Of a stretch of DNA of 64,000 nucleotides, positions 1 through 14,000 are shown one piece after another; within the stretch, counting starts at the first letter, position 1, and each line of letters opens with the position of its first letter. Where the stretch lies: positions 80,434,971 to 80,498,970 of the forward strand of contig NC_090374.1 of NCBI RefSeq assembly GCF_036365525.1, read 5' to 3'. The notes under the pieces are model-generated. The model saw only the letters and a list, made by a program, of their open reading frames with translations. It made no database searches and was not told the DNA's origin. The translations under genes and the position numbers were made by a program. This stretch comes from Heterodontus francisci (Eukaryota).

Positions 1-1488
1 TAGCTGCCTGGAAAGCAGGCACAGATTTGTATAAAGTGGCTACAGTGATCACATACAAATTGTGCGTCAAGCGAGTGGAAGCCCTTACAGTTTACTTCAG
101 CTGGTCTCCCAGTGGGAGCCTTGATGGCCACATAGGTGCAGTCTATGACCCCTTGCACTTGTGGTTATCCCGTGATGGAGCCAAAACCAATAGCCCTCTG
201 GGCCTTACTCCCAGGCTCCGCTCTGAAGCGGACATAGTCACCAGCCCTCTGGTACAGGCATTGGTGACCTCCCTGATACAGTGGTGCACTGCTGTTTGAG
301 TGACCCTATAAAGGTCTTCGGTGGGCCCCTGAAATGTTGCAGAGGTGCAAAAGTTAAGAGCCGCTGTAACTTTGAGGGCCACAGGCATAGGATGTCCACC
401 GAAGCCCATGCGCTGCAGGTCACCATTGAGCAGGGATGTGTCACCGTGTCTCTCGAAATCCGCAGTCACCTCTGACACTGGTGCTCAGACATCTGCAGGT
501 ATGTCATGCGGGGTCTGTAGATGCGCGGCGATCTATAGTGGTGATCTCTCCTTGGGGGCTGCTGCTGCTCATGTCTAGGGGCATGAGTTGCACCGGCCTG
601 CTGGTTTTGCCTACGGCACATATGGATCCTCACTAGAAGCGGATCAAATAATATAGGGTGTACCATCCCCATCTCCAAGTTGCAATTAAACTCGGTTCCT
701 TCATTTCTTCGAAGGCTTCTAACAGGGCAGCCATTGATGTTGGCTGGTACATCAGGTGCTTTCATGCATCAACTATGTGGAATGGCATGGCATTGCCTGT
801 CTTAGCTCCCACTAAGAGTGGCACAGCATGGCCACATTCACATTGTAACAGCTGCATCGATTGCCCCACCAGCCAGATAACATTTACACACCTACTGTTT
901 CTGGCACCCTTCCCACACACAGGGTGACTGGAGTGCCCATTGCTCCTTCACTCACACAAAGAAACAATGGCGCAAAGCGGCCACCGTTTACAGAGGGAAG
1001 GTACGCAGTACCTCCCTTCATGCCTGCAGAGCTGTGCTCCCAGCAGTAGCATCCCCCTCCCACCACCCTTCAAGTATGCAGAATTGTGCCCCTGATAATG
1101 CCATTCCCCGCCACCTCCCTTTCAGTCTGCAGAGTTGAGACCCCGGTATATCCAGATTTACCTGCATTGTGAGCGAATACTCCTACTTCTGATGTCCCTA
1201 CGGCTTTTCTCATTCGTAAACAGGACGACACGTGACAGCCACCCGTTCAGCGAGAAATGAAGCGACAGGCAGCAGAATGCATAATCAGGCAAGGTAAGTA
1301 GCACTTTACATATGGTAATTGGGATGCCGCTAAGCAGCAGGGGAGCCGCTCCGAGGTCCCACCGCCACCAGTGAAGTGGGGTGGGGCCTTCCCTGTGCAG
1401 GGAGTGTGGCGGGCCTCTCTCAGAAGTACTTTCTGGACCCCCACCCCACCACGACCCCCAATGTCGGGGGCTCGATAAAATTCAGCCC
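1..1488 (-). mobile_element. PIF/Harbinger DNA transposon remnant (5' part), degenerate transposase at ~143-480
   Basis: ORF 143-478 reads PMPVALKVTAALNF..S.TFQG, a Harbinger transposase N-terminal motif. Terminal AAAATTCAGCCC ends at 1488 and matches the TIR of the other copies. Confidence 0.8.
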
Positions 1489-1494
1489 GATAAT

Positions 1495-1920
1495 CTGACA
1501 TTTGCCTGCCTTGAAGTCTATTTGCCACAGTTGTGACCACTCATTTAATCTATTAATATCCATTGGAAATTTCATGTTTCCATCTACATTGCTGCGTATC
1601 TTTATGTCATCAGCAAATGTCGGATATGTGACTTTCTATTCCATCATCTAAGTCGTTGATAAATACGGTATCCCACTAGTCACATCCTGCTAATTAGAAT
1701 AATTGTCTATTATCCCTGCTCTCTGTCTCCTGGCACTCAGCCAATTTCCAAACCAGCTCAATAATTTGCCTTCAGTTCCATGATCTTCAACTTCAGCTAA
1801 CTGTCCATTATGACGGACTTCATCAAATGCTTCTGGAAGTCCATATAAATAACATCATGAACATTCCCCTGTCTACTACTCTAGTTACCTCTTCAATCAG
1901 GTTCATCAAACATGACCTGT
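1495..1920 (-). mobile_element. Degenerate CR1 LINE ORF2 (RT) fragment
   Basis: Reverse strand resembles the DFQKAFD / GRHVLM / FADD regions of the other CR1 copies. Confidence 0.7.
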
Positions 1921-1984
1921 TTGGATGATTGACATCTTTCCATCTGTGAGAGATGATGGGAATGCAGCCTCAGAACTTTGATGA

Positions 1985-4750
1985 GGTCAGATGAGATCAT
2001 CTGCTGCGCTTCTTTTCATGGCTGAACAAGCTGATTCTGGAAAGGCACAGCCTGCCACAATGTCCCTTGCAGTTGTTGTGGGATGATCTCTGTTGACACC
2101 TTGTTTGCAGGGTTGGCGTCTGCTTTGGAGCTTCTGAAACCACATGTTGTGGTGGCCAATTCCTGCCCACAGCTGCTGGTGCCATTGCATTGATCATCAG
2201 CTAGAGTTTCCCATTTGTTATGATTGATGTTGAGGGCTTTCATGTCTCTTTTGACAGCATCTTGTCCTGCTGGTTTCTTAGCATGGGCGACCTCTCTGTA
2301 AAGAATATCTTTGGGGATGCGGCCATCTTCCGTACTGTGCACATGCCCAATTCTAAATTCTGGAATTTAGAAGAGTAAGAGTAAGAGACGACTTGATTGA
2401 AACATATAAGATCCTGAGGGGTCTTGACAGGGTGGATGTGGAAAGGATGTTTCCCCTTGTGGGAGAATCTAGAACTAGGGGTCACTGTTTAAAAATAAGG
2501 GGTCACCCATTTAAGCCAGAGATGAGGACATTTTTTTCTCTCAGAGGGTTGTGAGTCTTTGGAATTCTCTTCCTCAAAAGGCGGTGGAAGCAGTCTTTGA
2601 ATATTTTTAATGCAGAGGTCGATAGGTTCTTGATAAGCAAGGGGGTGAAAGGTTATCGGGGGTAGGTGGAAATGTGGAGTAATCAGTTCAGCCATGAACT
2701 TATTGAATGGAGGAGCAGGCTCGAAGGGCGAGTGGCCTACTCCTGCTCCTAATTCGTATGCCCAAGCAAGTGAAGCCTTTTTTGCTTGATTAGCACTGGC
2801 ATGCTTGGCATGTTTGCCCTCGGAAGGATTGCTTCATTGGTTAATTTGTCTTTCTATTTGATGCCGAGGATGCATCGTAGACACTGTGGTAAGTTATGTA
2901 AGTAGGTGTAAGTTGTCCAGGCTTTGCTGCCATACAGCAATGTGCTGAGGTTACAGGCCTTGTCGATAAGCATCGTGGTCCTGTGAGTCAGTTAGTTGTT
3001 TCTCCACACCTGTTTTGTTAGTCAGCCAAAATTGGTGGCTGCCTTTCCAATGAGCGTGCTGAGCCCTTCATCAAGAGACAGGTTGTCTGTCACTGTAGAT
3101 CCAAGGTATCAGAATTTGCTGACTGCTTCAAGTGATGTGTTGTTGAGTCTGATCATAGGTAGAGACACAACACCCTGTCCCATAACTACAGTTTGTTGAC
3201 ACTGATGGTCAGGGAGAACATGACACAAGCATGGAACAGACAATCCATGAATCTTTGCAGCTGGTCTTCTGACTAGGCAACTGGTGCAGTATCATCAACA
3301 TACAGAAGTTCTCTGATTAGGGCATGCTGCACTTTTGCTTTGGCTTTCAGTCTTATTAGGTTGAGGAATTTCCCATCTGATCATGCGTGGAGGTACACTC
3401 CTTCCATGATGGCAGGGAAAGCATAGGTCAGGAGTACAGAGAAAAAGATACAAAAAAGATGCAACCTCGTTTCACCCCATTCTTGATCTCAAAACTGTCA
3501 GAGGTGGAGCCATTGAACTGAATGTTGCCGTGTATGTTATTATAGAAGGACAGTATGAAATTGCGAAGCTTGGGAGGACAGCTGATCCGCTCTAGTACCC
3601 AGTCAGGCCTGTCCTGCTCACAGTGTCAGATGCTTTTGTGAGATGCACAAAGCAAGGTAAAGTGATACTTGCTGCTTTCTGTACGTCTGTTGAAGCTGAC
3701 GTAGGGAGAAGATCATGTCGACCGTGGATCTACCTGCTCTGAAGCCACATTGTGCTTCTGTGTATATTGTGTTGGCTAGTCGATGAAGCCTTGTTAGAAT
3801 GACTCTGGCAAAGGCCTTCCCAATGACACTGAGGAGTGGGTTGTTGCCTTTTGTCTTGTATAGTGTGATGATGTTTGCATCACGCATATCCTGTGGGACA
3901 GAGCCTTCTCTCCAGCAGAGGAGGAGGAGGTTGTGGAAGTATGGCAGCAGTTGGGGCTTTCCAAACTTGAGTAGCGCAGCTGGCATTTCATCCTTTCCAG
4001 GTGCTTTCCTTGCTGGTAGGGAGTAAATGGCCTTTTCAGGCTCAAGTACTGAGGGTTCTACATCAATCTCATACATGATAGAATGCTGCAGAAGATCATC
4101 AAGCACAGACAGAGAGCTATCCGTCGCATGTGAGTATAGCTCAGAGTGGTGCTTTATCCAGCAGACCATTTGCTTGTTCCTGTCAGCGAGTACATCCCCA
4201 TCTGTGGATTTCAAAGAAGCAGTTTTGGTGATGGTGGAGCCGAGTGCTCTTTTGATACCGTAATCCATAGTGCAAAAGTCACAACTGTCCCTAGAAGTTT
4301 CTATTTCTTTGGATAGATTGATCCAATACTTGTTGACACTGTACCTTTCTTTCTTCTGCACAACTGCCTTGGCTAACATGAAATTGTCATGTACTTTAGG
4401 GTTGGGAGACAGGTTGTAAGCCAGGTGAGCTGTGCTCTTCGTTTCAATGACAGGAGTAATTTCTGCAAGGTGGGTCTTGAACAAATCTTTGTTCCTGTTT
4501 CTTCCTTTTCCAAATGTGGTTACTGCAGCTTCATAGATGATTGTGTGTCAATGGTTCTGCCACAGGGTGATGGTATGTGTCAAGTGCAGTTTCATGATCC
4601 ACTGCCGCTGGCTAGATTACTACAAAGAGGGAGCTGGTGCGTAACTCTCGCCTGCCAGTACACAGCCTCTGCATTTTTGCATGTTTTTTCTTTTAGTTTT
4701 ATGTTGCCTCTTACTTCTTTAATCATTCATGGCAGTGTTTTTCTTGACAA
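1985..4750 (-). mobile_element. Degenerate RTE-clade LINE, interrupted by a CR1 3' end
   Basis: ORF 3618-4484 has KAPGKD, QCGFRAGRSTVDMIFSLRQLQ. ORF 2016-2342 has EDGRIPKDILY..KRDMKAL (RTE C-terminus). Confidence 0.88.
2351..2757 (+). mobile_element. 5'-truncated CR1 LINE 3' end
   Basis: DLIETYKIL..LDRVD coding tail plus CR1 3' UTR. 8-bp TSD ATGCCCAA at 2343-2350 and 2758-2765. Confidence 0.88.
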
Positions 4751-4873
4751 GTAGAGCTCTTTCTATACTGCTTCTGTATCACGTTAAATTATTTTTTCAA
4801 CACCTTCCACTGATCTTTTATCTTTTCAACCATTAGCAGATTTGCCCAGTTTGTTCTATTCCAGAAAGCCAGT

Positions 4874-7490
4874 TGATGAAGGATAGAACTGGATCCAATC
4901 TTTACACACTTTTTTATTAATTTACAGAGCTACACATTACAAGCATAAACCTTCTAGCCCAACAACCACAGTTTTAATCTGTGTCTATTTATAGGTGGCT
5001 CAGGTGAATGCCCAGGAAATGCCCACCATCTGCATACAAATGAACAAAATAAATATATAATTAACAGATTCCCTTCTCTCTCTTTAAACAAAATATGCAC
5101 AATCAAAATTTCAAAACAAATTCAATCATAAAACATCCATTTACTGTGCAAAACATTACATTGTAGAACACCCTCCTCTAGGACCCCTAACAATTTATTT
5201 GTACATGCATTTCTTTTTGTAACACAATCAGACAGTTGATTATTTGCAAAAATCCATTTAATTTTGGAGATTTATTTTCTCTCCAGCATTTGTTTCATGC
5301 CAGCAAGATCAATTCATAACTTTTTCTCACTCACACTTTTCATGGAGTGTACATTATCCCACAATGAATGATTATCTACATGAAGTTCAATGGGTATACT
5401 CTCTTCTGTACACTCCTTGTACAGGATCTCACTTAATGTATTTGACAAATAGAATCCCATACCCACTGCCTCCACAAAAGCCAGTGTTTCAGCAGCTAAA
5501 GTAGTTTTAAATAACCCTTTATTTTCTTAGCTTCCTGGGACAGCATTTCTCATTTTAACTCATAGGAAATATTATGAAAACAGCTGCATTAAAATACCCA
5601 TCAGGAAGATTAGCATGTGAAACATCGCTAAAAATGACAAATTTTATTTTATTTGGGTTATCCAAGAATGGGAACTTAAGTATGCATTTCTCCAGATTTA
5701 ATTTTATGTTTTATTTGCCTTTAAAACATTCTCTACTTTAGGATGTTTCATTGTAGTATTTAACTTCAATACATCAAATCTAGCATCTGGTCTAGTCTGA
5801 GTGCCCAACCAGTTCAACTAACTAATCAAGCTTTGCAATTGCACTCTCTGTTCTTTACATATAACATCATTTTTCTGTGAGGAGTTAGTATGATTAACCT
5901 GGATGGGAGTAGCACTCTCTAAATAGGATTATTGATTTAAAGTTATTCCAGATCTACTCAACTTAATATCTAAACAAATATATTTGAAAACCCCATAAGC
6001 CTGACTCCCAATTTTAAATTCTACTCCAATCTTATTAATAATACATTCCTCAAATTCCGCAGTACCGCCCAAAAAGAAATTATCAACATGCATCATGAAG
6101 ACGTCTGAAAGTTTTCCTTTATGATACCAATGAAACATTGTGGGATCTGCTTTTAGCTGAACACCACCTATTTTCAGCAAACAGATCACACTGAAAAATA
6201 CCACACCCTGTGTTACAGACAGGTCAGAGATAACTCCCCTTTTTCCACCTCTCGACTGACCAATGACAGCACATTTTTAAAAAAAGTGTTTTAACCCCTG
6301 AGTGTGTTAATTGTTAAGGACAGACAAATGACAGGGTTTCTCATAAGTTTTAAAAGAAAGCTAAATGTTTATTATCCAACAGCCAAAGTATATGCAACTA
6401 CACCCACTCTCACACTTATACAGATACACATACAGTCAAGAAGAGATAGAGGTTATAAAGTAACATGTGTTTAGTTAGGTCTTGTGAATTTTTTAGAGTA
6501 TGTGTTGCACTTGCTTTTTCTCGAAGTGAAGACCTGAAACGGTGCAAGCATGTAATCTTTTTCCTTTTTCACGAAAGAAAAAGAAACTTAGGAGGTTTAG
6601 GAGGAAGAATGCATTGTTGCAGATTTCTCTTGTTATATTCCAGTCAAAGATCTGTGGCAAAACACTGGTACAATTTCGCAGGTGGGCTCAGCTCCAGCCT
6701 ACATGTAGCTTAAAAGCTGGTAGGGTTCTTTCTCTGCAATGGCACAAATTTTTCCTCTCTGTCTTTTTCTGCCTAAAATATACCTTTATTAAAACTCCTT
6801 ATCAGAAACCTAGTTTCTGTCATGTGACCAAAGTTTCTCTTCCATCGAATTCATAAATAGTTTCTGATGGTTAGGCCATTGTCAGACAATGGACTTCAGG
6901 TGTCACTCAATCACATACCATCTGGATAAAGCAGAACTTTTCACATCCATTCTCTGGAGTTCAAGCTTGGAGGCAAAAGTCTGCCACCGTATTGTTAACC
7001 CAATTGGTTGGTGGTATGCCGCCATTACCATAGAAAGGGCCATTTGTATCTGAATGACTTCTCAAAGATACGTCCAGAAAAATCATTTGTATGTTAATGA
7101 CTGCCAAAACCTGTCCAGACATGAAAATTAGCTCAGGGTTCTTATACTTTCATGTTTACTAGTAGGAATGAAAAGGTCACCTGCCCTCTCAATTCCATTT
7201 TGTTTTAGAGGAAAAATTCTGTTTTGGGTTTATATCATAAGTTCATTTTATAGATTATAAATTCGTATTGGGTGATTGTGATACCTGGAAGCATCATTCA
7301 GGCCATAGACGCATTTGTTTAGTTTCCATTGCTTTCCTCTGCATCTCTTGCCTCTTTGAGTGGTTTCAGGAACAATTTTCATTGAAAAGAATCGTATTGC
7401 AGAAGCACAGCTTTTCTGTCAATTGATCTACATTCCCATGAATATCTGGCCAAAAGAGCTAAAAAGAGTTTCAAGATTACTTTTCCAACT
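4874..7490 (-). mobile_element. Ty1/Copia LTR retrotransposon remnant (RT, RNase H, PPT, 3' LTR ~4874-5066), split by a solo LTR
   Basis: Minus strand reads WKLNKCVYGLNDASR (7284-7328) joined to RVWYF (~6210), then DP.MF..HVD.F (ORF 5929-6204), TLAAETLA, VDNHSL and QLSDCVTK. PPT GAGAGAGAAGGGAATC abuts a TGTTAA...TCATCA LTR. Confidence 0.85.
6211..7283 (-). mobile_element. Solo LTR (Gypsy-like) inserted in the Copia RT
   Basis: Starts TGTTAC and ends GTGATA (decayed GTAACA/GTGACA). 4-bp TSD CCTG at 6207-6210 and 7284-7287. Removing it restores the Copia reading. Confidence 0.82.
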
Positions 7491-7815
7491 GTGGGAGAAG
7501 AGGCAGAGGAGGGTGGTGGTGAATGGAAACTATTTGGACCTTTGTTTAAGAGGCAGAGAGCCCTCAGATCATCCTGGTGGGGATGGAGGTGTAGAGAGAT
7601 TGGAAGTTCATGGTAAAGCAGAGATGGTTTGGATCAGGAAATTGGAGACTGTTAAAGTGAGGGAGGGCATCAGAACAGTCACAGATGTAGGAGAGAGACT
7701 GGACAAGAGGAGAAAAAGTAGATTCAAGATATGAAGAAAATAGTTCAGTGGGCAGGAACAGGCTGAAACAATAGGTCTATCAGGACAGTCCTGTTTGTGG
7801 ATGTCACGCACATCG
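7490..7815 (-). mobile_element. Penelope-like element RT fragment
   Basis: ORF 7608-7832 has IHKQDCPDRPIVSACSCP, matching the PLE K(I/V)HK..RPIVS motif. Confidence 0.75.
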
Positions 7816-9046
7816 GAGGTGTGATAATACAATGCCCACGGAGTAACTCTGAAGAGTTATGAAAAACAGACGTTGTCTTTAAAAAATGAACCTTTATTTT
7901 TAAAATGTGAACAATGGTCCAAAATGACCACTGAAGAAAAGAAGATTAACCTTTGTGTGTTCAAACAGTCTGACAAAGGCAAAGGACAATTCTTCAAAAC
8001 CAAAAGTGTTAATGAAAAGTTGAATGTCTTCTTCTAAAACAAAAGAGGTGTGAAGTAACCACGTCCTGGGCCATTGTGCGATCACCGTGGGTGGAAGCAA
8101 TTTTAACTCTGTGCAAGTGAATGGGTTTTGAATGAGTTAAAATCTCTCCCATCAGTACTGGAGAATGGAATATATTCCCACTTTATATGATCAGAGCTGG
8201 TATCAAGCTTAGCCTTATTTGATTAGAACTATCAAATTAGTAATAAAGTGTGGGATTTTTTTGTGTTATAGACTGAAGTAAGAACAGAGTTGTGTCTGCC
8301 CAAACTTGCTTCAGAGATCAATCTTAACTTATTTTAAACTTAATTTCACTGAGGTAATGGAACAATGTTTGAAGCTACCACATTACCTTGTCCTCCAGGG
8401 TTGTAGCTCTAAAGTGTCTGGCTTTCACCATTTTGAATTGGATAGTTTGGAAACATACGAATGATTTCAACTTCTGGTAAAATGGGAGAGAACGGATCAG
8501 CTACTCGTTATACATTCTGCCCAATCTTCCTTTCCATTTAAGTTAAAACAGGATGATATTGGTCGAAAAAGATGCGCACACAGTCAACTATCTAGATGCA
8601 AATTAAAGGAAGTATTCCATACAAATCACTTTGGTAATGCTGCTAAAATCAGAAGAGACCATTGCAAATTGAAATAGTGGGAACACTGTTACGCAGACAA
8701 AAGCTGCATTTCTCTGTGGCTTGAAACCAAAATCAGTATCAGGAATTTCTTCTGCCAGTATCAAGCTTAGCATCATAGGCATTTATAAGATAGGAAAATG
8801 TATTGCAGTCCATCTTGTCAGTCCCACTGTCTACAAAACAATTTGGCACAATACCTCTCATATCCCTCTATCAAACTTTTCAGAAGGTACAAGGTTGATT
8901 GATATCCTGCAGAATTTACGCAATGAACAGCATTACTCATGTATGTTTTTAATTAGTGTAAAGGCATAGAACCCTCTCAGTTTCTGGCATCAGACACCAA
9001 CAGGAGCACGTTCACTTCCTCAGGACCATTATGACACCAGAACAGG

Positions 9047-10690
9047 GGGCTGAATTCTCAGCTACGACCCCAACCCCACCCTACTCCCAAGGTTGGAACA
9101 GAAGCGGGGGAGGTGCCTGAAAATACCAGCGCTGGCTGGCGTGCCAGTTTAAGGATGACATTCCAGACACTGGCAATGTTCACCAGGGCGGGGTGAGGGT
9201 AGGACAGTGATCCTGCTCTCCTCCCCATTGAGGCCAATTAAAGTATTTAAAAAGCTAATTAAGAGCTTGTTGGAGGCAGAGGGTGGAATTTTGAAGGGGG
9301 ATACAGGTTTCAAGAGGTATCTATTGCAGATCTGCTGAAGGGAGGAGGCTACAGAGTGGAGAATCATTCATGGCTTCAACCCAGCGGGGAAAAGGGGGAC
9401 TTAGCATGTGGTCCCCGGGAGTTGCCCTTGGTGCTGCGCAGGGTATAGTGGGCACTCAGTGCTTGGGCATTGAATGGGATAGTCAGCCCCTAGCATTGCA
9501 GGGTCAGAAGGGCAGGGAGCAAGATTACCAAAGTCAATTGGGCAGCCATCTTTGAAAGGAAGGCTGCAGTTGGCAATGGGGACACAACTGTCAGATTTTG
9601 GGCCCAGTGGCAATGAGGGGCAACAACCTCTGCAGCCCTGAGAAGCAAGGGGGAATGGGAGAAGAAAAAGGGGCAGGAAGGCAACGGAGACCGTACACTC
9701 AACACAAGATTTACCACCAAAGACAGAGTAACCTGGAGATGACTGAGATCCAGTGCTGCACGAGACTGTGACTGTCCAGGCGATGGTCACAGACATCTGT
9801 GACCTCATTGCCGAAGGCTTCGCACCTCACAGCATTAGTCACCATGCCCTGTCAGTAGCCGCTGTGGCCTTGAACTTCTTCGCTTCTGGCTCCTTCCAAG
9901 GATTAGCTGTGGACCTTAGTGGCACCTCGCATGTAGCTGCACACCACTGTATCTTGCTGTTCACTAATGTGTGTTTTTCCAGAGCTGGATAGCACAATCA
10001 TTTCACGACAGACATGATCTTGCAGGGACAGAGGGCATTAGGTTTCGCCACCATTGCTGGATTCTCCCAGATACAGGGCAGCATCAATTGTACCTGTGTG
10101 GCCATCACAAAAGCCAGTGACCAGCCAGTCAGATTCATCAACAGAAAGGGCATCCACTCTCTCAACGTTCAACTAGTCTGCCACCATAACAAGAGTTTCT
10201 TTCATGTGTGCACTTGCTTTCCTGGCAGTTGCCATGACTCCATCCTCTGCCAATCAACATTGCCTTACATCATCATTCCAACACCCAAAGTGCCTGGACA
10301 AGAAAAATTCCTTGAAGACATGAATACTCACCCCTCCATAAGAGTCCCTGACAGATTCACAGAAGTGATACAAGCAATGCCACCTGCTCCGTTGGACAAC
10401 CATTAAGCAGGCCATCAGCCTTCTGAAATGCGCTTCCAGTGCCTGGACCGATCATATGGCACCCTCCAATAATCCTCTGCAAGGGTCTTGGGCATTGTGG
10501 TGGTCTGCTGCGCTCTCTATAATGTGCCCCTCCAGAGAGGTGTGGACCTTGATGATGATGAGGTCCTGGAAAGAAGACAGCTTATTTGGGAGCAGCAGGA
10601 ACAGGAGGTGAGAAGGGAGGATGAATTGGAGGGGGAAGGGAGATGACGCTGAACAGAGAGGTGCCCCCGCTGCATGAAGAGGTGGCCTCC
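9047..10690 (+). mobile_element. PIF/Harbinger transposon, left TIR plus frameshifted DDE transposase (~9750-10530)
   Basis: TIR GGGCTGAATT at 9047. ORFs have ALNFFASGSFQ, F.QIQGSINCT, FINRKG.HSLNVQLVC, FPGSCHDS and an acidic tail. Same family as 62481-64000. Confidence 0.88.
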
Positions 10691-11073
10691 TCTTTTCAAA
10701 TTGTGATTGCTAATTTAGCAGGAGTAAGCCATTTCTTTTATCCAAACTGTCGCTGAGATTCTGCTAAGACATGCATGCCACCAATGAACTGTAGCATCGA
10801 ATCACAGCAGCTGAAATTCAAACAGCAAGGTTCTTTAATACTGAAATTTCCCAAGTGCACAGGGTACCATCAATTGTTGTCATTCAGCTCTGCCAAAAAA
10901 TAGGAAAGGATATTATTCTATCAATGGGCAGTTTGTATGTGATGTCAACATGAGCATTCTCCTTGCTAACTATTGGTATCCTGCAAACCTGCCATGACTC
11001 TTTGTCCATCATTCAAGACCTGTTACATGAAGATAGCAGGCTAGATGGATGGCTCCTGGGGAATTTTGATTAT

Positions 11074-14000
11074 TGTTACGACCACGTAAGAAAAGTGTCT
11101 AAGGGTCTCTCTCAACCTTTACCTGGTCTTACCGTAACAGGGTTTAATTTTAAACACACCGTGTTTTTAGCTCCCCCTTGGTGAATACTTGTTCACCACT
11201 TTCCAATTATATGGCAAAGAAACCAGTACAAACACGTTTTCTTTGGTTTAAAGAAAAAAAGGTTGAAATTTATTAAACTTAAACTTCAACTCTAATTCGA
11301 TTAATGCCTACAGATACACGACGCGCCCACGCTAGCATGCATACACGATACACACATGCAAATAGAGACAGAAAAGAGCAGAAGAAAAAATAAAGTGGAA
11401 AAGTTTGAGGCAATATCTGAAGAGTTTTTGTTACGGTTCTTCGAGCTCACTGTAGAGTCCTTGATTGTAGGTAGATCTTGCTTTTCGTTGGGGCCCAGTA
11501 TTCTTCTTAAACCCTGTTCGCTGTTGGAGACATTTCTCTCTTGGGGTTCATGTGTCTTCAGTGGATTCAAAGGCTTGTGAGAAGAGATGGGAGCAGACAA
11601 GAGAGATCTTCTCAGTTGAGGAGCAAACAGACACTCTGTTCAAAATCTCTGTGGCTAGTTCAAAAGAAAACCCTGGAACAGCCAGTTAGTCATGTGACCA
11701 GCTGGCCTAACCAGTTGGATTGTATCACCTTAGCAGTCTCTGAAATGTTCTTCTTACACACAATACCTGATGATCAAGTTCCATTGTGAGTTGAATGTGT
11801 CAGGGGATGGTCCTTTGTCCTTCCAAACACTCTCTGTTAATATGCAAATGTCTTTTCCAGCTACGGCTGATCTGTTTAACAAGTCATTTTCTCACTGCAG
11901 CAACAGTTTAATTCAATGTTCATGACAAAATTAATGTGCCTCATTCTTGACACGTGGGGGCCTAGAATGACACCTCCACACCCAGCGGAATGAAATGTGA
12001 TTTTTTAAAGAGAGCATTTCATTAAAAGGGTCGAAAGCGAAAATATAAGATACGGGGAAAAACACACATCTCACTTTCTCATTCATTCACATTCATTCAT
12101 AAATCCTAAAACTGCCCCCACACCTTTTTGGCATCCCAGTAAACATGTGGTTTTTTGGGGGGAAGTTTTTTTTCAGTTGCCCATTTCCATGGCTGCCGAG
12201 GGTCTTTGAGATGGTTAGATTTAATTAGCTCTATGTTGGAATTTTTTTCTCAGGAGAGTCAGTAGTGGGTAGATCTATCCTGAACCCTCTTTCAGTGCTT
12301 TGCTGAATCATGCAAAGGCTTTTGACTTCAGGGAATGGATGGATCGCTTTTTTTTCTGACTGTGGGGGAGAATTCTTTGTGAATCTTCCTTTTGTCCTCT
12401 GGGACACTCCTTCCTGCAGGTATTTGTGCAGACTCCACTGCACTCCCCTTTGGCACTTCGACTAGGTGAGGCATCACCCTCATAGTTTCTCTGCCCCCTA
12501 GAGGTCTTTCTTTGTCTCTGCAGCTTCCTGTAAATGCTGTTAGCAACTCTGGTGGGGTGCTTCTAGTGTCTGCATTTACATAGGAGGATGTGGGGTCTAA
12601 CTTTTGACATTTTTCTGGGTTCGCTGACCGGACAGTAGAGGTTTTCATCTGGGATTCCTCCCGGACTTCCTTTAACCTGCCCTCTTGGTCACTTTTTCCC
12701 CTTCCCTGTCTAACCTTTTGCCAGCCTTGTGCTTGCCTGTCCCCTTTTGTTCTCGGCAGAGCTCCCTTACAGTTCACCAGCCCTCTGCTGGAGGGTCCTC
12801 CTAACACCCGTACAGCACTTAAAGGTGCAGGTTTCACTGTAGATTGGTGTTTCCCCTCAACCTGGCACAAGTGGCAATTCCTGCAGTCCTCCACATCTTT
12901 GTGGAGTTTTGGCCAATCAAACTGCTTTCTTATGCGGGCTTTGGTCTTTCGTATAGCGGCATGTACAGCCACTGTAGTTTCGTGGGCCCTTGTTAATATT
13001 TTTTCTCCGGCACCTCTGCGACACCACTAACTGGTGCACTACTGTCCACTCGCCCTCAGGTCTGTGAGGAGAACTCCATTTCCTCATAAGTACCACATTC
13101 TTTAAATAGTAGCAATCAGGGACTCCCTCTGCTTCAATTTCAGACTGGGCAGCCTGTGCTAACTGCAATACTGGGTCGGCTCACTGAGCCTCAGCTAGGG
13201 AAAATCCATTTAATTTATTCCCTGGGTCTTCTAACTTTCCAAAGAAAGTCTCAGACCTGGTCATCTGCCTGCAGTGCTAATTCAGTCTCCTCTGTGGTGG
13301 GTTGGGGGGGAGGCGTGGGGAGCTGTTTTCATCGTGGTTTGATTCATTACACATTCAGGCAAAATGCGGGGGTCTGTTTCATAGAGTCATCATTATACAG
13401 CACAGAAACAGGCCCTTTGGCCCATCGTGTATGTGCCGGCCATCAAGCACCTAACTATTCTAATCCCATTTTCCAGCACCTGGCCCGTAGCCTGCCACTG
13501 CCCTGTCTCTCTGACCTCCTGCGGTCTTTCTTTCACTACCGGGAGGGCTACCACCTTCACCCCTGTCAGATCATTATCGAGGAGCAGGTCAACCCCGTCC
13601 ACAGGCAAATTAGGGACAATCCCTACGATCACCGGTCCCGAACCTAGGTCGCACTCCAGGTGCACCCGGTGTACAGGTAGAGGCGTACGCTGCCCTCCAA
13701 TACCATTCACCACCATTTTGGTGTTCACTGCACTCTCTGAGAGAAAGGTCAGGCCTTTTCCCAGTAAAAGGGATCTAGCCCCTGTGTCCTTGAGAATCAT
13801 TATGGGCTTGCTTGCCCCACTCGAGGAGTATGGGGTTACTTTCCCTTCAAACACAAAACCCTGATAACTTTCAGGAATCTTATTATCTTTTCCTGCGCCT
13901 GTAGTGGTAAGCCTCCTGGATCTCACTCTCACTGCAGTTAAATACACAGCTTGTTCTGCTGTGTTTTCCATCAGGGTCCCTTCTCCTTCACTGAGCGGGT

